Positions 57,378 through 64,000 of a stretch of DNA of 64,000 bases are shown piece by piece. Positions within the stretch are counted from its first letter, which is position 1. Every line of letters begins with the position of its first letter. Both the position numbers and the translations under genes were made by a program. The stretch comes from an uncultured Microthrixaceae bacterium. Its GTDB lineage: Bacteria; Actinomycetota; Acidimicrobiia; Acidimicrobiales; VFJN01. Location of the stretch: assembly GCA_963750645.1 (NCBI GenBank), contig CAVVRO010000008.1, forward strand, positions 770,238 through 834,237, written 5' to 3'. The notes below the pieces were generated by a model. The model was not told the origin of the DNA. It did not search any database and saw nothing but the letters and a program-made list of their open reading frames with translations.

Positions 57378-57392
57378 AGGGGCCAACGTCCC
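57378..57392 (-). promoter_or_regulatory. DosR/DevR-like box GGGACGTTGGCCCCT
   Basis: Motif match 52 nt upstream of the hibernation factor ATG. Confidence 0.6.
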
Positions 57393-57441
57393 ATCCGTGC
57401 GCGCTGGTCGTCGGGAAACGAGCACTCGCTACCCTCGCGGC

Positions 57442-58632
57442 GTGCCCCCCGCCCAACCAAGCTCCGCCGCCGTCTTCGCCCCTGCTCGGCTCGGCCCGCT
57501 GCAGCTGCGGAACCGGATCATCAAGGCCGCCACGTTCGAGGGCGTCATGCCCCGCGGGGCGGTCACGACCGACCTCATCGACTTCCACACGGCGGTTGCC
57601 CGAGGCGGCGCGGCGCTCACGACGCTCGCCTACTGCGCCGTCTCCATGGGTGGACGGGTCGAGCGCCACGCCCTCGTGTTCGAGGAGGCCCTCGTCCCGG
57701 ACCTGGTGCGACTCACCGATGCCGTCCACGCCGAGGGCGCGGCGGTGTCCGCCCAGCTCGGCCACGCCGGCCTCGTCGCCCAAGCTCACTCGAAGCAGCA
57801 CCCCACGCTCGCGCCCTCCACGCGGCTCAGCGCGCCGGCCATGGGCCGCGTCAAGGCCGCCACCCCCGCGCAGCTCGACGAGGTCGTCACCGACTTCGAG
57901 CGAGCCACGCGTGTCGCCGTCTCGGCCGGGTTCGACGCCATCGAGATCCACCTCGGGCACAACTACCTGCTGAGCTCGTTCATGAGCCCGAACCTCAACA
58001 AGCGCCGAGACGAGCTGGGCGGCAGCATCGAGAACCGGGCACGCTTCCCCCGCCGCGTCGTCGAGGCCGTCCGCCGGGCCGCCGACGATCGCGTCGCCGT
58101 GCTGGCCAAGTTCAACATGGCCGACGGCGTCGACGGGGGGCTCTGGCTCGACGAGAGCCTGCAGATCGCACAGCTGCTCGAAGCCGACGGGCACCTCGAT
58201 GCCCTCGAGCTCACGGGCGGCAGCTCGCTGCTGAACGGCATGTACTTCTTCCGGGGCGACGTCCCCCTGAGGGAGTTCGCCGCCACCCAGTCCACGCTCG
58301 TCGGCCTCGGGGTGCGGGCCTTCGGGAGCCGCATCTTCCCCGAGTACCCGTTCGAGGAGGCCTTCTTCCTCCCGTTCGCCCGGCAGTTCCGCGATGCCCT
58401 GCAGATGCCTCTGGTGCTGCTCGGCGGCATCAACGAGCTGGCCACGATCGAGTCCGCGCTCGCGGAGGGCTTCGAGTTCGTCGCCATGGCACGCGCGCTG
58501 CTCCGCGAGCCCGACCTGCCCAACAAGCTCGCCGATGGGCGCTCCACCATCGGGCTCTGCGTCCACTGCAACAAGTGCCTCCCGACGATCTACCGCGGCA
58601 CCCGCTGCGTCCTCGTCCCCTCCGGCTCCTGA
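57442..58632 (+). CDS. NADH:flavin oxidoreductase (Old Yellow Enzyme family)
   Basis: LRNRIIKAAT, QLGHAG, GFDAIEIHLGHNYLLSSF, NKRRDELGGSIENRAR, ARALLREP, CVHCNKC. Confidence 0.92.
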   Translation: MPPAQPSSAAVFAPARLGPLQLRNRIIKAATFEGVMPRGAVTTDLIDFHTAVARGGAALTTLAYCAVSMGGRVERHALVFEEALVPDLVRLTDAVHAEGAAVSAQLGHAGLVAQAHSKQHPTLAPSTRLSAPAMGRVKAATPAQLDEVVTDFERATRVAVSAGFDAIEIHLGHNYLLSSFMSPNLNKRRDELGGSIENRARFPRRVVEAVRRAADDRVAVLAKFNMADGVDGGLWLDESLQIAQLLEADGHLDALELTGGSSLLNGMYFFRGDVPLREFAATQSTLVGLGVRAFGSRIFPEYPFEEAFFLPFARQFRDALQMPLVLLGGINELATIESALAEGFEFVAMARALLREPDLPNKLADGRSTIGLCVHCNKCLPTIYRGTRCVLVPSGS

Positions 58633-58635
58633 GCG

Positions 58636-59556
58636 GTGCTCCTCAGTCGACGTCCCCTGCCGCGACGGGTGGCAACGGTCGTGCTCGCGATCGTCCTCGC
58701 TGTCGCGGTCGTCGGGTTGCTCCAGTACCGCCGCGACGTCGTCCCGTACCTCACCCACTGGCGCGGGAGTCCGAACCACACCGAGGCCTACGTCCCGTTC
58801 CCTGCGGACGACCCGCCGGGGATGCGGATCGGGGTGGCAGGCGACGTCGGCGAGAGCGGCGCGCGCCTCGACGCCACCGCCGACGCGATGGCGCGCATCG
58901 AGGATGGTGACGAGTTCGACGTGCTGCTGCTGCTGGGGGACAACGTGTACCCCTCCGGGGACCCAGCGGAGCTGCCCCACACCGTGTTCGAGCCCTTCGC
59001 CGACGTGCTCGACGACGGGACGGACCTGTTCGCCGTCCTCGGCAACCACGACGAGCCCCACGGCGATGCCCAGCTCGAAGCGCTGGGGATGCCCGGGCGC
59101 TGGTGGGCCGAGGAGCGTGGCGACGTCCTGCTCGTCGGGCTGGATTCCAACCAGGTCGACAACCGGGAGCAGCTGGCCTTCCTCGAAGAGACGCTCGACG
59201 ACTCCCCCGCCACGTGGAAGATCGTGGCGCTCCACCATCCGCCGTACTCGGCGGGGTACCACGGCTCGGACGAGGCGGCCCGGGAGGCCTTCAGCCCCCT
59301 CTTCGAGCGCTATGGCGTGCAGCTCGTGCTGTCCGGCCACGATCACGACTACCAGCGCAGCAAGGTGATCAACGGGGTCACCTACGTCGTGACCGGTGCC
59401 GCGGCCCGCACCCGGCGCACCGGCAAGGACGACTTCACCGCGGCGTCGTTCTCCTGGCACAGCTACGTCGAGCTGGGCATCTACCCGGATCGGCTCGTCG
59501 GCAGGGTGATGAACCAGGACGACCGGGTGGCCGACGAATGGGAGCTCCAACCCTGA
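58636..59556 (+). CDS. Membrane-anchored calcineurin-like metallophosphoesterase
   Basis: GDVG, LGDNVY, GNHD, HHPPY, SGHDH; N-terminal TM helix. Confidence 0.9.
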   Translation: MLLSRRPLPRRVATVVLAIVLAVAVVGLLQYRRDVVPYLTHWRGSPNHTEAYVPFPADDPPGMRIGVAGDVGESGARLDATADAMARIEDGDEFDVLLLLGDNVYPSGDPAELPHTVFEPFADVLDDGTDLFAVLGNHDEPHGDAQLEALGMPGRWWAEERGDVLLVGLDSNQVDNREQLAFLEETLDDSPATWKIVALHHPPYSAGYHGSDEAAREAFSPLFERYGVQLVLSGHDHDYQRSKVINGVTYVVTGAAARTRRTGKDDFTAASFSWHSYVELGIYPDRLVGRVMNQDDRVADEWELQP

Positions 59557-59642
59557 GGTGGCAAGGGTCGGTCAGGGGGAGGTCGGTCGCATTCCAGATC
59601 GGCCGCGGAAGGGTGGAACTACGATGCCGACCGGCTCGTCCC

Positions 59643-60647
59643 ATGAACGAGGAGCGCGCGATTCGCACACGACGGTTGGGCAGCACCGGGTTCGAGGTGT
59701 CGGAGATCGGTTTCGGCGCCTGGGCCATCGGCGCGGGGTGGGGTCACGTCGACGACGCCGATGCACTCGGCGCCCTCGCGGCGGCGGTGCAGGGACAGGT
59801 GAACTTCATCGACACGGCCGACGTCTACGGCGACGGGCGGTCCGAGCGACTGATCGCACGGTTCCGTCGGGAGCGCCCCGACGCCGATCTGGTGGTGGCG
59901 ACCAAGGCCGGCCGCCGCCTCGATCCCCACGTGGCCGAGGCGTACACGGCCGCGGCGCTGGAGACCTTCGTGGACCGGAGCCTCGCCAACCTCGAGATGG
60001 AAGCACTCGACCTCCTGCAGCTGCACTGCCCGCCCAGTGCCGTGTACGACGACGCGTCTGTGTTCGAGGCGCTCGACGATCTGGTGCGGCGCGGCAAGGT
60101 CCTGCACCACGGGGTCAGCGTCGAGCGCGTCGACGAGGCGATGCGCGCGCTCGCGCACCCCACGGTCGAGACGATCCAGATCATCTTCAACCTGTTCCGC
60201 CAGCGACCGGCGGAGGAGCTCTTCGCCCGCGCCGCGGCACGCGACGTCGGGATCATCGCTCGGGTGCCCCTCGCCAGTGGCCTCCTCTCCGGGAAGATGT
60301 CGGCCGATACGACCTTCGCCGCCGACGATCATCGGTCGTTCAACCGCCACGGCGAAGCCTTCGACGTGGGCGAGACATTCGCCGGCGTGCCCTACGAGGT
60401 CGGACTGGCGGCCGTGGACGAGCTTCGGCGGCTCGTCCCTGTCAGTGCGACGATGGCCCAGTTCGCCCTGCGATGGATCCTCGCCTTCCCCGAGGTGTCG
60501 GTGGTGATCCCTGGAGCCCGCAACGCTGAACAGGCCGCGGCCAACGCGGCCGCGTCGGCGCTCCCGGCGCCGTCCGAGGCGACGATGGCCGCCGCTGCCG
60601 AGGTGTACGACCAGTGGGTGAGGCCCCACGTCCACGATCGATGGTGA
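59643..60647 (+). CDS. Aldo/keto reductase
   Basis: SEIGFGAW, DTADVYGDG, ATK, LLQLH, ARVPLASGLL, VIPGA. Confidence 0.93.
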   Translation: MNEERAIRTRRLGSTGFEVSEIGFGAWAIGAGWGHVDDADALGALAAAVQGQVNFIDTADVYGDGRSERLIARFRRERPDADLVVATKAGRRLDPHVAEAYTAAALETFVDRSLANLEMEALDLLQLHCPPSAVYDDASVFEALDDLVRRGKVLHHGVSVERVDEAMRALAHPTVETIQIIFNLFRQRPAEELFARAAARDVGIIARVPLASGLLSGKMSADTTFAADDHRSFNRHGEAFDVGETFAGVPYEVGLAAVDELRRLVPVSATMAQFALRWILAFPEVSVVIPGARNAEQAAANAAASALPAPSEATMAAAAEVYDQWVRPHVHDRW

Positions 60648-60651
60648 CCAG

Positions 60652-61473
60652 GTGAGCGATCGGATCTCGGGGGACCGCTACGCCGCCAGCGAGGACGAGC
60701 GCACGCGCTTTCGCACTCGTGGCTTCGTCCACCTCCCCGGGCTCCTCACCGAGGACGAGGTCGCCGGGCTCGAGGCGGTCTACGACCGGTTCCTGTGCCG
60801 CGAGATCGAGGTGCCGGGGAAGGACTTCTGCGACATGGCCGGTGACTACGGCCGTGACCCCGACGACTTCTCGATCGTGAACGTGATGCTGCCCCGCCGA
60901 TACCACCCGGCCTGGCAGGGCAATGTGTTCGAGCGCCGGGCGGCTTCGGTCGCGGCCCAGCTGTGCGGACCGGGCATGGTGCTCGACTACGACCAGCTGC
61001 TCGCCAAGCGACCTCACCGAGAGGACGCGGTGTTCGCCTGGCACCAGGACCTCGCCTACTGGCCGGCCACGCCCGATGCGCGCACCGCCACCCTATGGCT
61101 GGCGATCGACGACTCGACCCTCGAGAACGGCTGCATGCGGTTCGTGCCGTCCACGGTCGACGAGCCGGAGCTGCGCCCGCACCTCCCTCAGTTCGGCGAC
61201 CGCGGGACGTCGCACGCGCTGGGCACCGAGCTGCGCGACACCGACGAGGTGGTCCCCGTGCCCATCCGGCGGGGCGACGTGACGGTGCACAACGAATTGG
61301 TGATGCACGGGTCGGGTGGGAACTCGACCGATGGGTACCGCCGCGCCTACGTGCTGGCGTTCCGGGCCGCTGAAGCCGTGGCCCTCGAGCGCGAGCTGGG
61401 ATTCACCCACAGCCACAACGACGCCGAGGACGTGCTCGACTCGGTCACCGGTTCGGCCAGCGGGCCCGCGTGA
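60652..61473 (+). CDS. Phytanoyl-CoA dioxygenase (PhyH) family protein
   Basis: WHQD (HxD), ENGCMRFVP, GDVTVH..MHGSGGN. Confidence 0.88.
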   Translation: MSDRISGDRYAASEDERTRFRTRGFVHLPGLLTEDEVAGLEAVYDRFLCREIEVPGKDFCDMAGDYGRDPDDFSIVNVMLPRRYHPAWQGNVFERRAASVAAQLCGPGMVLDYDQLLAKRPHREDAVFAWHQDLAYWPATPDARTATLWLAIDDSTLENGCMRFVPSTVDEPELRPHLPQFGDRGTSHALGTELRDTDEVVPVPIRRGDVTVHNELVMHGSGGNSTDGYRRAYVLAFRAAEAVALERELGFTHSHNDAEDVLDSVTGSASGPA

Positions 61474-61567
61474 CGACACCGGCGAGCTGGTGGCCTGTGC
61501 CAGCGCGGCCCACCCGTCGACCAGGTCGTCGTGGAGCACCTCCTCGGAGCTCGATGGCCGCAGCCGC

Positions 61568-62152
61568 TCAGGCTCGATCGCGCTGGAGGAGGAGCACCCC
61601 GGACGGTGTGCCACCGCCCGAGGTCACCACGGCCGTCATCGCATCGGTGACCTGGCGCTCGCCGGCGTCGTGCCGGAGCTGGGTCACCGCCTCGTAGAGG
61701 AACCCGAAGCCGTGGGTGCGACCCTCGGAGAGCTGGCCGCCGTGAGGGTTGACCGGGAGCTGGCCGTCGAGGGCGATGCGCCGGCCGCCGTCGAGCCACT
61801 CCTGTGCTTCACCGAACCCGCAGAAGCCGAGCCCCTCGAGCCAGGAGATGGCGTTGAAGGTGAACCCGTCGTAGACGAGGGCGAGGTCGACGTCGTCGGG
61901 GCGGAGGCCCGGCAGCCATGGGTGCGCGTTCACCGTGACACCCACCACCGTGCCGCGCCCCGACACCGGCGTCGGCTCCCAGGCCCGGCTCCGGCAGCTC
62001 GGGCAGATCGGCACCGGCGGGTGGACGAGGGTCCCGCAGTCCGTGCACCCCTGCACGCGGAGGACGCCGTCAGCGCCGGAGGTCCAGAACCACTCGGTCG
62101 CCGGCGTGAGCTCGGGAAGCGGCCTCGTCGCAGCACGCTCAGGCGCGGTCAT
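61568..62152 (-). pseudogene. Internally deleted Zn-ribbon/OB-fold (DUF35)-thiolase fusion remnant
   Basis: CTDC..HPP..CPSC..SGRGTV..NAHPWLPG fused directly to the thiolase C-terminus LRPDDVD..YDGF..VNPHGGQLSEGR; rest of the OB fold and the thiolase N-domain are missing. Confidence 0.75.
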
Positions 62153-62444
62153 GGCGAGGTTCCTCCGGAGCGGCCGAGCATCGGGATGATCCGGGGAGAT
62201 CGACGCTCGTGCGGATGCCCGGCGGCGCGGCGCAGACGGCGGCGACCGCGTTGACGGCTAGGTGCGCCGTGTAGCCGGGCCACGGACCGCAGGTCGTGGT
62301 ACGCCGTGCGATGCGCCACGCCGAAGGTTCACGGCGGCGGCGACCCGCACTCGAACGTGACCGGCCGGCACCGGGGGGGCCGGGGAGGTCCTCGACCCGC
62401 ACGACCTCGGGCGGCCCGTAGGCGTGGCAGACGGCGGCGCGCAC
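62149..62444 (-). pseudogene. Fused remnants: NADPH:quinone oxidoreductase pieces plus the C-terminus of a DapB-like/amine dehydrogenase gene
   Basis: MRAAVCHAYGPPEV../PAGHVRVRVAAAVN, then FGVAHRTAYHDLRSVARL, then GYTAHLAVNAVAAVCAAPPGIRTSVDLP, in different frames. Confidence 0.65.
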
Positions 62445-62445
62445 G

Positions 62446-63507
62446 TCAGCGGTAGTCGGTCGTCTCCGCCAGCTCGGCGGCGGCGCGCATGGAGTCCAGG
62501 ACGATGGGTCCGAACGCCTGCAGCGCCGGGGTGTCGTCCGTTCTCCGCTGATAGCCCTGCTCGAGGACGATGGCGAGCTTCCACTTGGCCAGGATCACGT
62601 AGTAGTCGATGTCGTCGACCTGCCGGCCCGACACCTGCGAGTAGCGGGTGAGGATCTCCGAGCGGGACGGCATGCCCGACATGTCGACGTAGCCGCCGAC
62701 GGCCCCGTCGCCGGCAATGGTCTCCTCCGGCCAGGTCTGCACGACCCAGGCCAGATCCAGCTTGGGGTCGCCGACCGTGCCCATCTCCCAGTCCACGATC
62801 GCGGCCAGCCGCGCCGGTCGCCCGTGGCGGTACATCACGTTGGCGAACTGGTAGTCGCCATGCATCAGCCCCGGGATGTAGTCGATCGGCTTGTGGGTTC
62901 GGAGCCAGGCGGAGGCCTCCTCGAACCCGGTCAGCTCGCGTCCCTTGATCCGCTCGAGGAAGGCCGTCCAACGGTCGACCTGCCGCTCGTGGAAGCCCTC
63001 GGGCCGGCCGAGGTCCTCGAGACCCCTCGCCCGCCAGTCGACCTTGGAGAGCCGAGCGATGCCCTCGACCAGCTCGTAGGCCAGTCCCTGCCGCGCCTCG
63101 AGGTCGCTGTCGAAGGGCTCCGGCCACCGCCCGTTGTCCAGCTCCATGGGCGACCACCCGTCGACGAAGCCCATGAGGTAGAAGGTCCGGCCCAGCACCG
63201 CCGGGTCGGTGCAGACGGCGACGGCCTCGGTGTGGGGGACGTCGGTGCCGTCGAGCGCCTCGATGATCCGCCACTCGCGCACGATGCCCTTGTCGCGGTC
63301 GGCGGGGGCCGTGGGAGGAGGGATCCGCATCGCGCAGTGCAGGTCACCCCGGCGCAGCTCGTAGATCTCGTTCTGGCTGCCGCCCGAGATGTAGCGGCAC
63401 TCGAGGGGCGCACCCGCACCCGGCAGCGCCGTCGCGTCCATCCACGCCACGAGGCGGTCCGCGCGCTCTGGGTCGAGGGTCGGGACGGACGGTTCCCCGT
63501 CCGTCAC
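62446..63507 (-). CDS. Phosphotransferase (APH-like) family protein, ACAD10/11 N-terminal type
   Basis: GGSQN, FYLMGFVDG, HGDYQFAN, DWEMGTVGDP; GTGA coupling to the ACAD gene. Confidence 0.9.
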   Translation of the reverse strand: MTDGEPSVPTLDPERADRLVAWMDATALPGAGAPLECRYISGGSQNEIYELRRGDLHCAMRIPPPTAPADRDKGIVREWRIIEALDGTDVPHTEAVAVCTDPAVLGRTFYLMGFVDGWSPMELDNGRWPEPFDSDLEARQGLAYELVEGIARLSKVDWRARGLEDLGRPEGFHERQVDRWTAFLERIKGRELTGFEEASAWLRTHKPIDYIPGLMHGDYQFANVMYRHGRPARLAAIVDWEMGTVGDPKLDLAWVVQTWPEETIAGDGAVGGYVDMSGMPSRSEILTRYSQVSGRQVDDIDYYVILAKWKLAIVLEQGYQRRTDDTPALQAFGPIVLDSMRAAAELAETTDYR

Positions 63508-64000
63508 AGGTTCCCCACCTCGTGCTCGAGGTGCTCGGCGAGCTTCGCCTTGGCGGCGGCCAGCTTCTTGGGAAGGTGCTCGGTGGGCCAGAGGTCGTCG
63601 CTCGCCGAGTAGCCGCGCAGCACCTGACGGGCCACGGTCACCTTGTGCACCTCCGTGGGCCCGTCGGCGAGCCCCATCACGCTCGCCCCGATGAGCATCC
63701 GGGCGAACGGCATCTCGTTGCTCACGCCGAGCGCGCCGTGGACCTGCAGCGCCCGCTGGGCGATGTCGTGCAGCACGGTGGGCATCACGACCTTCACCGC
63801 GGCGATGTCCTTGCGGACCTTTCGGTAGTCGTTGTGCTTGTCGATGGTCCACGCCGTGTACAGCACGAACAGCCGGAACTGCACGAGCTGCGCGTAGGAG
63901 TCGGCGATGTAGCCCTGCACGAACTGCTTGTCGGCGAGGAGGCTGCCCTGCGTCTCGCGGCTGAGCGCTCGCTCGCACATCATGTCGAGGGCCTTGGTGG
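63504..64000 (-). CDS. Acyl-CoA dehydrogenase, C-terminal part (runs off the window edge)
   Basis: IADS, IAAVKV, ALQVHGALGVS, LADGPTEVHK. Confidence 0.9.
   Translation of the reverse strand, partial: TKALDMMCERALSRETQGSLLADKQFVQGYIADSYAQLVQFRLFVLYTAWTIDKHNDYRKVRKDIAAVKVVMPTVLHDIAQRALQVHGALGVSNEMPFARMLIGASVMGLADGPTEVHKVTVARQVLRGYSASDDLWPTEHLPKKLAAAKAKLAEHLEHEVGNL

Noticed and set aside
61474-61567. Coding-like sequence (…EEVLHDDLVDGWAALA…) downstream of the thiolase remnant
   Set aside because: May be another gene fragment, but too short to assign to any family
248-63978. Many long alternative-frame and antisense ORFs (e.g. 248-1582, 6659-8440, 42086-44542, 51994-54441, 56553-58910, 57373-59550)
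   Set aside because: Shadow ORFs typical of high-GC DNA: Arg/Pro/Gly-rich, no family motifs, and fully overlapping well-supported genes

Overview
High-GC actinobacterial DNA. Gene content suggests Acidimicrobiia, but that is an inference. It is densely coding, and I saw no rRNA, tRNA, CRISPR array, transposase or integrase. In order, the window holds: the end of a CoA-transferase; a TetR-linked aromatic hydroxylation/meta-cleavage cluster; pirin; a complete kdpFABC-DE locus with an extra upstream peptide and a divergent DUF4118 gene; a Tat-lipoprotein intradiol-dioxygenase-like gene; ferredoxin plus P450; lipid-metabolism genes; an RDD repeat protein; a sulfatase-like protein and a site-2 protease; a glucan phosphorylase/GT4/GH130 cluster; two ApbE flavinylation modules flanking an OmpR-family two-component system; a surface-glycan modification cluster; dormancy-type genes (DksA/TraR-like, PRTase-hydrolase fusion, ribosome hibernation factor); several oxidoreductases; and an operon collapsed by deletions. 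Best leads: (1) the second ApbE module lacks an FMN-binding domain and instead encodes a membrane-tethered Pro/Thr stalk ending in C-SGST-C, a candidate minimal flavinylation substrate; (2) two copies of a 94-bp four-unit palindromic intergenic element with identical 15-14-15-6-15-14-15 spacing; (3) an oriented GGGAC-N4-GnCCCT DosR-like box before six genes; (4) TCACAGC-type tandem boxes linking the dioxygenase-like lipoprotein to the flavinylation locus. Four isolated single-base frameshifts may be sequencing errors. All functional calls come from motif recognition by eye, not database searches.
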